Shown piece by piece: positions 52,249 through 62,933 of a DNA stretch of 64,000 nt. The stretch's first letter is position 1, and every line of letters begins with the position of its first letter. Location: contig OY970342.1 of NCBI GenBank assembly GCA_963717505.1, positions 416,001-480,000 on the forward strand. Direction: 5' to 3'. Made by a program: the position numbers and the translations under genes. The notes under the pieces were generated by a model. The model made no database searches. It was not told the DNA's origin and worked only from the letters and a program-made list of their open reading frames with translations. The stretch is from Candidatus Eiseniibacteriota bacterium (lineage in GTDB: Bacteria; Eisenbacteria; RBG-16-71-46).

Positions 52249-53634
52249 TCAGTCCCTTCGGCGCGGCAACCGTACCACGCAGCGTGTGCCGCGCCCGGGC
52301 TCGCTGTCGATCGCGAGCGAGCCGCCGCCCGACTCGACCAGTCGCCGGCTCAGGAAGAGACCGAGCCCGCTGCCCTGCGCCTTGGTCGTGTAGAACGGAT
52401 TGCCGAGGCGCGCGAGGACTTCTTTCGGAATTCCCGGCCCCTGATCGGTGATCTCGATCTCGAAGTGCCCGCCGCGCTCGGCGCGCTGGAGGGTCAGTCG
52501 GCCGCCCTCGGGCATGGCATCGGCGGCATTCAGGATCAGGTTCAGGAACACCTGCTTGAGCGACTCGGCGTCGAGCCGGACCGGCGCCGGTTCGAATGTC
52601 GCCGGACGGACCACGTGGATCTTACGAGCCTCGAGCTCGCCCTCGAGCAGGTCGAGGGTCGCGGTCAGCGCCGCCGCGGCGTCGCTCCCCGCTTCGGCCG
52701 CCGGGTCCGTGCTGCGTGCGAAGTCCAGGTAACGATTGACCGTGCGACTGAGACGGTCGACCTCTTCGACGATGAACTGGTTCATGCGCTCGGCTTCGGG
52801 CTCGAGCTTCCCCAATCGCGCCGCGGAGCCGCGAATGATCGCGAGCGGGTTCTTGATCTCGTGCGCGAGGGTGGCGGTCATGCGTCCCATGGCCGCGAGG
52901 TTCTCGGCGCGCGACAGCCGGTGCTCGAGCCGTGCCGCCGACCACGCGGCCCGCGCCAGCAGCAACCCGAACACGCCCATCGCCGCCACCAGCACCGCGG
53001 TGATCAACGCCAGCGAACGCCGGAAATCGCCGAGCGCCGGCAGGTAGTCGACCTGGGACTCGACGGTGACCACGCCGGCGACGATTCCGGTTTCGCTCAG
53101 GACCGGCGTCAGCGCGTGCTGGACGAGCCGGCGCCCGGCCAGTCGCGGATCGGTGACTTCGGTCTTCCCCTCGAGTGCGCGCCGGAGTTCCCCCGGAAAC
53201 GATTCCGCGAGCGGACTCGGCTGCCGCTGCTGGACCGGCTCGACGCAGTCGTAGATCACGATCCCGGCGGTATCGAGCACGGTGGCGTTGGCCACGCCCG
53301 AGGTCGCGCGCAGCTCCTCGAGCAGGACCTGAAGGTTGCCGTAGCCGACGCCTTCGTCGCCCAGACGGCGCGCGTCCTCGATGTCGAGTGCGCTGACCTG
53401 GGAGGCCAACGTGCCGGCGACACTGGTCAGGCGGCTGCGGAACTCGTTCGCCAGCGCGTCGCGCACCGCACGATACGAAAACCACGACAGGAGCACCGTG
53501 ACCAGGACCGCAAAGGCCGCGAACGCGAATGTGGCCAGGACCGAGCGCTGCAGGTTCCCTCCCTGGGAGGTACCGGGCGTGCTACGAAGCGTCCTGCTCC
53601 CGGAGGATCGGGTCGCCGACGCCGAAGGCGCCAC
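52249..53634 (-). CDS. Sensor histidine kinase
   Basis: Two TMs flanking periplasmic domain; LAHEIKNPL, NLILNA, DQGPGI, GSGLGL. Confidence 0.95.
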   Translation of the reverse strand: MAPSASATRSSGSRTLRSTPGTSQGGNLQRSVLATFAFAAFAVLVTVLLSWFSYRAVRDALANEFRSRLTSVAGTLASQVSALDIEDARRLGDEGVGYGNLQVLLEELRATSGVANATVLDTAGIVIYDCVEPVQQRQPSPLAESFPGELRRALEGKTEVTDPRLAGRRLVQHALTPVLSETGIVAGVVTVESQVDYLPALGDFRRSLALITAVLVAAMGVFGLLLARAAWSAARLEHRLSRAENLAAMGRMTATLAHEIKNPLAIIRGSAARLGKLEPEAERMNQFIVEEVDRLSRTVNRYLDFARSTDPAAEAGSDAAAALTATLDLLEGELEARKIHVVRPATFEPAPVRLDAESLKQVFLNLILNAADAMPEGGRLTLQRAERGGHFEIEITDQGPGIPKEVLARLGNPFYTTKAQGSGLGLFLSRRLVESGGGSLAIDSEPGRGTRCVVRLPRRRD

Positions 53635-54049
53635 CCTGGACGACGCGAACGAACCGTCCGCGGCGGCCCTCGAGTATCTCGAGCAAGCCGGGGCGGATCT
53701 CGTTCATGCGCTCGCACGGCGCGCACGGGCCGCCGACTTCGAACAACGCCTCGCCGATTCTCAGCTTCTGACCGTCGGCGAGATCGTCGAGACGCAGGCC
53801 ACGCACCGTGACCTGCTCGCGAATGCTCCCGGGCGCCAGGCCGAGCGAATCGAGCACTTCCTGCTCGACCAGGAGGACCTGACGATGGTGGCCCTTGCGT
53901 GCGTGGCGGTCGCCTTCGATCCCCTGATTCTCGAGAGCCCGCGCGCGCGCCATCGGGCGCGGCACCGACCGGCTGCCGGGACCGGGACTCACGTGGAGCG
54001 CGACCACCTCGCCCACGCCGATGCGCGACTCGGCTTCGCGCGCGCTCAT
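53582..54049 (-). CDS. MOSC domain protein
   Basis: GIEGDRH, RQVLL, CAPCERM, GDPI. Confidence 0.85.
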   Translation of the reverse strand: MSAREAESRIGVGEVVALHVSPGPGSRSVPRPMARARALENQGIEGDRHARKGHHRQVLLVEQEVLDSLGLAPGSIREQVTVRGLRLDDLADGQKLRIGEALFEVGGPCAPCERMNEIRPGLLEILEGRRGRFVRVVQGGAFGVGDPILREQDAS

Positions 54050-54780
54050 GACGCCCCCTGGTAGCGCGCGAGGATCAACGTGATGTTGTCGGGGCCGCCG
54101 CGCGAGCGCGCGAGCTCGATCAACTCCCGGCACGCGCGATCGAGGTCGGGTCCTGCTGCATGCGATGCCAGCTCGTCGTCGGTGGCCAGTCCGTGCAGGC
54201 CGTCGGTCGACAGGACCAACGTATCGCCCGACGCCAGGGCCAGCGAGCCGCCGTCGACCTCGATGTTGGGGGAGACACCGACACTGCGGGTGACCACGTT
54301 GCGCCGCGGGTCCGAGCGCGCCTCTTCGGGTGTCAGGTGGTTCGACTCGAGCAGTTGCGCGACCAGCGAGTGGTCGCGGGTGATCTGCGAGATCGCCCCG
54401 TTGCGCACCAGGTACAGCCTGCTATCCCCGACGTGCGCAAAAGTCAGCTGCGGACCATGGACCGCGACTACGGTGCAGGTGGTGCCCATTCCACGGTGGT
54501 CGCTGTCGGTCTGACTCTGGTGGTGGATGATGCGGTTCGCACCCTCGATCACATTGCGGAGCCCGTCGGGGGTCACGCCGTCCAGGACCGGGGCCTGCTC
54601 CATGACGTGATCGACCGCCAATTGGCTGGCGATCTCGCCCGCGCGCGCCCCACCCATGCCGTCGGCGACGACCAGTACCGCCCAGGACGGGTCGCGATCC
54701 GAAACCCACGAGGCGAACCGATCCTCGTTTTGCGGGCGTTTGAGGCCGACGTCGGTAAGGGAGGAGACGACGAGGGTCAT
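54046..54780 (-). CDS. PP2C-type Ser/Thr phosphatase (Stp1/PrpC)
   Basis: TDVG.KR..NED, VADGMGG, MGTT, HVGDSR, TDGL, GGPDNIT. Confidence 0.95.
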   Translation of the reverse strand: MTLVVSSLTDVGLKRPQNEDRFASWVSDRDPSWAVLVVADGMGGARAGEIASQLAVDHVMEQAPVLDGVTPDGLRNVIEGANRIIHHQSQTDSDHRGMGTTCTVVAVHGPQLTFAHVGDSRLYLVRNGAISQITRDHSLVAQLLESNHLTPEEARSDPRRNVVTRSVGVSPNIEVDGGSLALASGDTLVLSTDGLHGLATDDELASHAAGPDLDRACRELIELARSRGGPDNITLILARYQGAS

Positions 54781-54873
54781 GGCTTTATTGTGTCCAGACC
54801 GGCTCCGAATTTCAACGCGGCGGGGCAGCCGATACTCGGCCGCCCCGCACACGACATCTCGACGACATCGGGA

Positions 54874-57800
54874 TCAGTTCAGCGTGACGATCTTGCCCAG
54901 GTAGGCCTTGCCCTGGACTTCCATGCGTGAGTAGTAGACACCCGGACCGACGATCCGGCCCGCGTGGTCGGTCCGGTCCCAGGGCACGCTGTGGAGGCCG
55001 GCCGTCGCGTCGGCATCGTAGAGCATTTTCACCCGACGACCCGCCACGTCGTAAATGCCGAGCCTGACCCGTGCCTGGGCCGGCAGCGCGAAGGTGACCA
55101 TCGTGCGCCCGAACACAGGATTCGGCGCGGCCCCGCGCAGCTCGATGGCCGCCGGCAGATTCTCGGGCGTCGAAGCGACCGGATCGCCATTGACCACGAC
55201 TTCGATGGTCGCGGCCGGACCCCAGTTGCCGGCGGCATCCTGCGCCCGCACGTGGATCTTGCGCGTCCCCGGCGGGAAGATGCCGGTGGTCAACGCGCCA
55301 CTGACCGCGACGGTCTGCGACGCGAACGCGCCCGACATGGGATTCCCGGTTCCGGCCGGCGCCGGGTTCGTGCCGTGGCTCCATTCGGCCGCCATGATGT
55401 TCGAGCCACCGCGCACCACGTCGGTCGCAGTCGCCGACACCGTGGCGGCGACCTGGTTGTTGATCGGATTCGGGCTCGTGGTCACCGAACCGGCGACGAT
55501 TGCCGGACCGAGCACGTCCCCACCGGTGCGCTGGATCGCGAACACGGCGTTGCTGGCGTCGTTGCCGGTGAAGGACGGCGTCCCGTTGTCGGCCACCCGG
55601 ATGCGCACCAGACCCTGAGAGGTGTTCGGCACACCCGCGAAGTCCCAGTTGTAGGGGCTGGCACCGGCGCTGCTGGTCAGGACGGTCCACGACGTGCCGC
55701 CATCCAGCGAGTACTCGATGGTCCGCGACCCGACGCCCGCACCATCGGTGGCTTCGCTCCACGTGATGTCCGCGGTGGCGGTGGTGATCACCTCGCCCCC
55801 GTTGGGGGACGTCACGGTCACGTTCGGCTTGTCGCGGCCGAGCAGCCAGGTCAGCGTCTTCTTCATGATGTCGGTGCGCGTTGCATCGCCGACGACGCTT
55901 GCCGGGCTGATGTTGGTCCAGTCGAAATACATGCCGACGAGTCGTGATGGCGCACCACCCCAAACACCGCTGCCCACCGTCCCCTGATTGGAGCCGCTGT
56001 CCCAGCGGATGCCGGCGTCGTCCGGCGAGCCATCCCCGCTCATCCACGCGGTGACCGCGCCGCCCAGTGGGTTGATCTCGTCTCCCGAAGCTCCGGCCCG
56101 TGGCTCACCATAGGGTACGCCGAGGGTATACGAGCCCGAGATCGGATCGCTGGCCACGCCGAACACGTTGGGCCAGGTCGGCGGATCGAGCACGTACTGC
56201 GCCTTCAAGGTGTTCTGCGTCCATAGGTCGCGTGCCACCGAGTAGTAGGGTGACGTGGGATCGGAGTTCGACCACACGATGTCGTGGCCGGTCACCGCCA
56301 GGCGGCCGCCGCCCCCGAGGTACGCCGTGATCGAGTCGCGGGCCGCATCGGGAATCGGCGGATACTGCTCGAGATCCGGCTGCCACCAGATGACGTCGTA
56401 GGAGCGCATGCCGCTGGTCAGATTGCCGAGCGGTGGGTTGGTGTTGAGCGGCGGGCCGGTCCATACGTCGTAGAGCCAGCCGAGCTGATTGAGGGCGTGA
56501 TCGTAACGAACCGCGCGATCGAAACCGTCGCCGTAGACCAGCAGCAGGTCACCGGGCGGTCGCGCGCTGACGCGGTAGTGCTCGCCGCCGTTGTCGTCGC
56601 GGGTCGTGTTGCCGTTCAAGTCGGTGGACTCGACGTCGAAGTAGTAGGTGATCCCGGAGGACAGGCCGGAAAGCAGGGCCCCGTGGCTGAACACCGCGGT
56701 GGGATCGAACGGCGAGCTGGACCCCAGGGCCGGCGTCTCGCCGTAGTAGACGCGCGACGAGGCGTTCGCGTTCGTGCTCCACACGATGGTCGCGGTGCCG
56801 CCCGCTCCCGAGAGCGCGCCGACATTGGTGATCACCGGCGCGTTCATCGACACGGTCGCGGTCTGCACCAACGATGCCACCGGGCTCGCGTCGTTGTAGG
56901 TCGCGGTCAGCACGTCGCCGTGCGACACCTGCAGCGTGCCGTCACCGCCGCTGCCCTCGACCGGTGACAAGGCCAACAGACCGGTGTAGATCCCGTTCGA
57001 TCCGGCAAGCGTCACGGTTTCACCGCCGGGCTCGGTGGTCGAGCCGACGGTGACGTTCACGCTCGGACCGCCGTTGGTGTCGGTGACCTGCAGCTCGACC
57101 GTGCTGGTCGAGCCATAGTCGGCGCGATCCAGCGACAGCATGCCGGCGCTGGTGCCGACGCCGCCGGTGATGCACAGCCCGAACGGCTGGGGTCCGGACG
57201 GCACGTTCACGCCCTCGATGCGCACCGTCCACAAGCCCGGAGGGCAGTTCCTGATCAGCACGCATTCCTCGACGTTGCGGATGTCGTAGCTGCCGCTGTT
57301 CGGGAACGAGAAGCCGCCGGTGTAGACGTTGCCCTTGTAGGTGGTAGCGCCGTTGGACACCGTCAGGTCGAGGTTGTTGACCAGCTGGACGGTCGAGGTC
57401 GGGTTCGCCGGGTAGTCGGTCCAGACCAGCGACACCTCGAGGTGCGACGAATCGTTGACCACCTGCACCTTGTATTCGATCGCGTCGCCGTGGCCGAGAC
57501 CCTCGGTGAAGTCCACGAGCAGGAGCCGCTTGACGTCGCCGACGAAGAACAACGCGGAGTCCGCCGCCACGCGTCCCCAGCCGACGTTGAAGTCCGGCGC
57601 GATCGTGCTGGTCACACGGTTGGTACCGGAGTTGACCACGATCGCCTTGAGCAGCGCGGCCGACGGCGTGAAGCCGTTGGCGGGCACTTTGGCGCCGGTC
57701 GGATACCAGCCTTCGGTGCAGTACTGGCGCATCAGTCCGGCCATGCCCGCGGTCGCCGGGCACGACATCGAGGTGCCGGCGAGCGCGACGTAACCGGCAG

Positions 57801-59589
57801 GGCCCGCGTTCGCGGAGGTCAGCGACGACGCCGGGGCGACCACCGTGGGCTTGCGGCGCGCGTCATCGGTCGGGCCGCGGCTCGAGGAGGCATACATGGA
57901 ATTCTGACCGGTTCCGTTGAGCGTGCCGCCGACGCTCACGCAGTTCTTGGCCGAGGCGGGCGAACCGACCGTGTTGCCGGCCGGGCCCGAGTTGCCGTTC
58001 GAGAAGAACACCAGGAAGTCGGGGTGGTCCCACATGAACTGGTCCAGGTTCGCCGAATCGACCGTGTACGCACCGCCGACCGGGGCGCCCCAGGAGTTCG
58101 TCGAAATCCGCGCCGCGCCGCCGGCGTTGCCGGTGTAGGCGGGCTGGAACAGATCATTGAGATCGACCGGCGGCGCGAGCCCGTTGCCGAGCGCCGCACC
58201 GGACAGGTCGGTGTGCCAGATCTTGCCCTCGCGGCTCAGGCCCTCGAACGAGGACGCCGGCGGCACGGGATCGCGCCCGGCCGTGGTGCCGCTGGTGTGG
58301 GTGCCGTGCCACGCGCCATGGTCGCCGAACTGGATGTCGGGAGTCGTCCCCGCGTTCTCGTAGGCAATGACCTTGCGGTGGGTCGGATACTGGCCGAACG
58401 TGGTGAGCGGTACCGCCGGGTCGTTGAACAACTCGTGCGTCAGGTCGATGCCGCTGTCCGAGTGATGGAAGACCTGGCCTTCGCCGTTGAGCCCCAGTGT
58501 CCAAAGCCTGCGATTGTTGGTCGCACCGGTCTGCACCACCCACTGCGCGTTGATGTTGTCCATGATCGGCTGCACGTAGGGCTCGATCCACTGAACGTCA
58601 TCGTGCGCGGCGATCGCGGGGACCGCGGCGCCGGACAAGCGAATTCGCAGGATGCGGTTGATGCCATTGTCGGACCGCGCCAGGACCTCACCGCCGGCCG
58701 CCCGGACCGCGGCCTCGATCGAGGCGAGATCGCCGTCGGCGAACGCCAGCACCGTGGCCACGCCGGATTCAGGCGAGCGATCGAGCCGATCACTCAACTT
58801 GTAGTCGGCGACGTACTCTCCCGTCCACGCGATTCCGCCGTCGGCAATGACTCCGCGTCCCGGCGAGACACGGACCAGGAACGTCTGATCGGGAACGTAG
58901 GCGACGATCTGGCCACCGGACCGAAGGATGGACTCGCGAACCTGGTTCGGATCCTCGTCGCCATAGTGAACGAGCACGTTGCGCGGCGAGCGCGGGGTTT
59001 CGCCGGGACGCGAGGCGGCGAGCGGGGCCACCGCCGAGCCTGCACCCGTTCGCGGATCGATCTCGAAGCCCGATGCCAGGCGGATCCGCTTGGGTTCGGA
59101 GGCCGCGCGCGGGGTCATACGCGCGATCGGCGAAGCCTGCAGGTAGGGCGTCGGTGTGAGGCGATTCGCGAACTTGGGCAACACGTGGACGCGCCGGGTG
59201 TCGCTGAACGACATCTGACGCTCGGTCCCCGAGCCTACCGCCCAATAGAGGTCGCTGGCGGAGTCGACCGTGATGCCCAGCTCGGACAGCGACGCCACCG
59301 GCTGGGTGACTTCGATCACCCGATAGTCGGCGCCCCCCGGGGAGCGCGACCAGGCACGAGCGTCGAACGGCGTCCGGCTGACCACCACGACGTGCCGGTC
59401 TGCGCCGGCGACCGGCAACCAGGCCAGGCGAAGACCCGATTCGGTCGCGACGGCGCCGGGCTCGGGGCTCACCGGCGTCGGAGCCTTGAGCTTGCCCCCA
59501 GGAAGAGCCGCCCATGCCGCGGCGGCATTGAGCGCAAACGCGACGAGCAGCAACGAAGCTCGGACTGTGTTCGTTCGGCGCGAAGTCAT
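54874..59589 (-). CDS. Large secreted S8 subtilase with Ig/Fn3-like modules and C-terminal FlgD-Ig-like domain
   Basis: Catalytic DSG, HGTH, GTSM; oxyanion NGN; jelly-roll LVWTD..LVNNLDL; C-terminal PNP..IYDVAGRRV..WD..GVYY. Confidence 0.93.
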   Translation of the reverse strand: MTSRRTNTVRASLLLVAFALNAAAAWAALPGGKLKAPTPVSPEPGAVATESGLRLAWLPVAGADRHVVVVSRTPFDARAWSRSPGGADYRVIEVTQPVASLSELGITVDSASDLYWAVGSGTERQMSFSDTRRVHVLPKFANRLTPTPYLQASPIARMTPRAASEPKRIRLASGFEIDPRTGAGSAVAPLAASRPGETPRSPRNVLVHYGDEDPNQVRESILRSGGQIVAYVPDQTFLVRVSPGRGVIADGGIAWTGEYVADYKLSDRLDRSPESGVATVLAFADGDLASIEAAVRAAGGEVLARSDNGINRILRIRLSGAAVPAIAAHDDVQWIEPYVQPIMDNINAQWVVQTGATNNRRLWTLGLNGEGQVFHHSDSGIDLTHELFNDPAVPLTTFGQYPTHRKVIAYENAGTTPDIQFGDHGAWHGTHTSGTTAGRDPVPPASSFEGLSREGKIWHTDLSGAALGNGLAPPVDLNDLFQPAYTGNAGGAARISTNSWGAPVGGAYTVDSANLDQFMWDHPDFLVFFSNGNSGPAGNTVGSPASAKNCVSVGGTLNGTGQNSMYASSSRGPTDDARRKPTVVAPASSLTSANAGPAGYVALAGTSMSCPATAGMAGLMRQYCTEGWYPTGAKVPANGFTPSAALLKAIVVNSGTNRVTSTIAPDFNVGWGRVAADSALFFVGDVKRLLLVDFTEGLGHGDAIEYKVQVVNDSSHLEVSLVWTDYPANPTSTVQLVNNLDLTVSNGATTYKGNVYTGGFSFPNSGSYDIRNVEECVLIRNCPPGLWTVRIEGVNVPSGPQPFGLCITGGVGTSAGMLSLDRADYGSTSTVELQVTDTNGGPSVNVTVGSTTEPGGETVTLAGSNGIYTGLLALSPVEGSGGDGTLQVSHGDVLTATYNDASPVASLVQTATVSMNAPVITNVGALSGAGGTATIVWSTNANASSRVYYGETPALGSSSPFDPTAVFSHGALLSGLSSGITYYFDVESTDLNGNTTRDDNGGEHYRVSARPPGDLLLVYGDGFDRAVRYDHALNQLGWLYDVWTGPPLNTNPPLGNLTSGMRSYDVIWWQPDLEQYPPIPDAARDSITAYLGGGGRLAVTGHDIVWSNSDPTSPYYSVARDLWTQNTLKAQYVLDPPTWPNVFGVASDPISGSYTLGVPYGEPRAGASGDEINPLGGAVTAWMSGDGSPDDAGIRWDSGSNQGTVGSGVWGGAPSRLVGMYFDWTNISPASVVGDATRTDIMKKTLTWLLGRDKPNVTVTSPNGGEVITTATADITWSEATDGAGVGSRTIEYSLDGGTSWTVLTSSAGASPYNWDFAGVPNTSQGLVRIRVADNGTPSFTGNDASNAVFAIQRTGGDVLGPAIVAGSVTTSPNPINNQVAATVSATATDVVRGGSNIMAAEWSHGTNPAPAGTGNPMSGAFASQTVAVSGALTTGIFPPGTRKIHVRAQDAAGNWGPAATIEVVVNGDPVASTPENLPAAIELRGAAPNPVFGRTMVTFALPAQARVRLGIYDVAGRRVKMLYDADATAGLHSVPWDRTDHAGRIVGPGVYYSRMEVQGKAYLGKIVTLN

Positions 59590-59789
59590 GACTCCTCCAA
59601 AGATGATCAGCCTGGCGGTCGCAGCGAGCCAGGCACGCCGAAGGGGTGGCGCACCGGAGGGGACTCGAGCGAACGTTATGAACGAGGCGGGGATAACCCG
59701 ACCCCGTAGCCCTGCATGCGATTGAACGGGGGCATTATCTCAGACTCCCCAGCCCCGGCGGGATGGGTTTTTTGGGACGTCACCAGCCC

Positions 59790-61215
59790 CTAGCGGGCGG
59801 CCCGGGCCTCTTGGCGCATCAGGTGGACCGCCAGCCCCTCGGCATCCTCGGCGGCCTCGCCGATCGCCTCGGAAAGGGTTGGGTGGGCGTGGATCGCCAG
59901 CGCCAGATCGCGCACGTTGAGGTCGGCGGCGATCGCCAGCGCGCACTCGTGGATCAGCTCGCTGGCCTTGGCGCCAATGATGTGGGCGCCGAGCACCTGG
60001 TCCGGTCTGCTGCGTCGCCGACGATCTTGACGAAACCGGCCGTCTCGCCGTCGGCGATGTTGCGGCCGTGCGCGCGGAACGGGAAGCGGCCGACCTGGAC
60101 CGTGCGTCCCTGCGCCTTGGCCTCGCGCTCGGTCAGTCCGACGCTCGCGATCTCTGGATTGGTGAAGGTCGCCGCCGGAACCGCGCGCCAGTTGGTCTGC
60201 GCCGGATGGCCGGCGATCAGCTCGGCCGCCGCCTTGCCCTGAGCCGAGGCGAAGTGCGCGAGCTGCTTGATGTCGGTGACGTCGCCGATCGCATAGACGC
60301 CCTTGACCGAAGTCTGCAACCGGTCGTTGACGATGATCTTGCCGCGATCGCCGCGCGCAACCCCGAGCGTCTCGAGGCCCAGACGTGTCGGCGTACGGCC
60401 GTCGCCCGGTGGCGACCAGCACTGTGTCGACCGTGACGCGTCGTACCGCCGGTCAGCGTCAGTACCCGCGTACCGCCGTCGCCGTCCTTCATGTCTTCGA
60501 CCTTGGTGTTGAGATGGAGGTCGATCCTCTGCTTCTTCATCTCGCGCTCGAGCGTCTGGGCGATCTCGTCGTCCTCGGCCGGCACCAGTCGCGGCAGCAT
60601 CTCGATCAGCGTGACCTGGGTACCGATCGCCGCGAAGAAACAGGCGAACTCGGTGCCGACCACGCCGCCCCCGAGCACCGCGATCCGCTTGGGTTGCTTG
60701 GACAGATCGAGCGCTTCCTTGCTGGTAATCACGCGCTCGCCGTCGAGCTTGAAACCGGGCGGCATGGTGGCGTCGGCGCCGGTCGCCACGATCACGTGCT
60801 CGGCCGGGATCTCGGTCTTGCGGCCATCGGCCGCCGTGACCACCACACGATTGGCGGAGGCGAGCCTGGCGGTGCCGCGATGGATGTCGACGCCGCGACC
60901 GGCGAGCAGCGCCTTGACCCCGCCGGTGAGCTGCTTCACCACTTTGTTCTTGCGCTCGACCAGCATCGGCCAGTTGATCTTGGGCTCGCCGACGTCGATG
61001 CCGAACTCCTTGGCACGCCGGATCTGCTCGTAGAGGTGGGCGGTGACGATCCACGCCTTGGTCGGGATGCAGCCCCAGTTGAGGCAGGTGCCGCCCAGTT
61101 CATCCTTCTCGACCACGGCGGTCTTCAAACCGAGTTGCGCAGCCCGGATCGCGGCGACGTAGCCGCCCGGGCCGGTACCGATCACGACAACCTGATATTG
61201 GCTGGTTTCGGGCAT
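59790..61215 (-). CDS. lpdA: Dihydrolipoamide dehydrogenase (apparent frameshifts near 60010 and 60380-60445)
   Basis: GTGPGGY, GGTCLNWGCIP, GGGVVG; YAIGDV; HAHPTLSE found across frames. Confidence 0.93.
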
Positions 61216-61261
61216 GACCGAATCTCGCGTTGGAGTGGGAAGGGCTGGCGGATGACGGGCA

Positions 61262-61291
61262 ACAGTAGGAACGTGGGTGCGTGGGTGTCAA
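61262..61291 (-). promoter_or_regulatory. Sigma70-type promoter of lpdA
   Basis: TTGACA-18 nt-TACTGT. Confidence 0.6.
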
Positions 61292-61350
61292 CGCAGGCCG
61301 ATGCGAACGCCTGGGACCTCGGGCCCGCATTCCTCTAGATTCGCAGCGTC

Positions 61351-62010
61351 ATGCGCCAGGTTGCGGTTTTCGCCAGATGGCCGGTCGCCAGCGCGGTCAA
61401 GACTCGGCTCCACTCCGTGCTCGGTCCCGAACTGGCGGCGCGCCTGCACACCGGCATGCTGCACGACGCTTTCGCCGCCGCGACCGGGGCAACTGTCGAG
61501 CGCTCTTTCATCTACTGGGCCGATCGGCCGGCCGGCGCCCCGCCGTTTCCTTCGCCCGCAGGCATGATCGTTCGCGAGCAACGTGGGGCGAACCTCGGCG
61601 CGCGAATCGAGTCGGCATTCAATGAGCTGCTCCCGGACGCAGTGAGTCGAGCGGTGGTGATCGGCGCGGATTGCCCCGAGCTGACCGCTGCCCACCTCGA
61701 TCAGGCGTTCCGCGAGCTCGAGCATCGCGAGCTGGTGCTGGCACCCGCCGAAGATGGCGGCTACTCGCTGATCGGTCTCTCCCGGCGCGCACCTGAGTTG
61801 TTCCGCGAGGTCGCCTGGGGCACGGAATCGGTGCTGTCCGAGACTCTGGAACGCGCCGAACGGTCTCGATTACGTGCGACTCTGCTCGCACGCACGCGGG
61901 ACCTCGATCAGCCGGCCGATCTGTTGGCGTTCCTCGCGCGCGCGTCTCGCGCGCCCGACCTGGCGCCCCACACACGGACCGCGTTGCGGGCGATGAATCT
62001 TCTTCCCTGA
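61351..62010 (+). CDS. DUF2064 / TIGR04282-type glycosyltransferase-like protein
   Basis: VKTRL, QRGANLGAR, IGADCP, PAEDGGY.LIG, WGT, DLD..DL. Confidence 0.88.
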   Translation: MRQVAVFARWPVASAVKTRLHSVLGPELAARLHTGMLHDAFAAATGATVERSFIYWADRPAGAPPFPSPAGMIVREQRGANLGARIESAFNELLPDAVSRAVVIGADCPELTAAHLDQAFRELEHRELVLAPAEDGGYSLIGLSRRAPELFREVAWGTESVLSETLERAERSRLRATLLARTRDLDQPADLLAFLARASRAPDLAPHTRTALRAMNLLP

Positions 62011-62052
62011 CGGCGGAACCGCCTGCCCAGTGCCACTGATCGCTGCAGGGCG

Positions 62053-62853
62053 CTAGGGCGAATTCCCCGGGAGCGGCGTCGGCGTGCGTCCGGTCGCCTG
62101 CTGCAGTCGCTTCATGGCGTCGATGATCACCGGCTTCATGTCTTCGGGCGGGTTGCTGGCCAGTGCGCGGTGGAAGTACTTGAGCGACTCGTCGTACTCC
62201 TTGCGCCGCTCGTGCAGGATGCCCAGGTTGAACAGCGCGACCGGCTGAGTCGGATCGCGCGCCAACGCCAGATGGAACAGTCGTTCCGCCTCGACGCCTT
62301 CGCCCAGGTTGTAGTAGCAGACGCCGAGATCCACGAGTGCGGTCACCCGGGTCGAGTCCTGAGCTACCGCTTTCGAGTAGTGGACAGCGGCCTGCTGCCA
62401 GTTGCCGGTGTCGTAGAGCACGTCGGCGAGCGCGATACGAGCCTCGATGTTGGTCGTGTCGCGTTCGAGAACGGTCAGCAGCTCGTCCGCGCGTTGCTGT
62501 TGCTCGGGGGCTGCGCCCTCGACCGGCTCGCGCCCGCGGTCGATGTTCGCCTTGACCCCGGTGTAGATCACGACCGCGGCCGCGATCCCGGCGAACACGA
62601 GCCACAGGCTCGTGGCCTGCTGCTGCATGCGCGGTCGGGGCCGGCGGGGTCGAAACGGCGGCAGAGGCGAAGTTCCACCGGACGCCGGAGCCACGCTCGA
62701 AACCGGTTCACTCGCCGGCGCCGGGTCCTCCGGGCGCGGCGGGTCCGATTCTGCGCCCACCGGGGCGGACAGCGGAAAGTTGCAGCGGGCGCAGCTCGTG
62801 CTGCCCGCGGGGTTGGCGTGCCCGCAATCGGGGCAGCGGAGTTCGTCGCTCAT
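62053..62853 (-). CDS. Zinc-ribbon, TM and TPR protein
   Basis: CPDC..CARC, Pro-rich linker, TM helix, 3-4 TPRs. Confidence 0.85.
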   Translation of the reverse strand: MSDELRCPDCGHANPAGSTSCARCNFPLSAPVGAESDPPRPEDPAPASEPVSSVAPASGGTSPLPPFRPRRPRPRMQQQATSLWLVFAGIAAAVVIYTGVKANIDRGREPVEGAAPEQQQRADELLTVLERDTTNIEARIALADVLYDTGNWQQAAVHYSKAVAQDSTRVTALVDLGVCYYNLGEGVEAERLFHLALARDPTQPVALFNLGILHERRKEYDESLKYFHRALASNPPEDMKPVIIDAMKRLQQATGRTPTPLPGNSP

Positions 62854-62933
62854 CGGCGCGATCCTAGGAGGCGATCGTGCTCGAGGCAAGCGATTGCCGC
62901 CCGGGGACGCGTTTGTTAGCGTCGGCGGACTTC

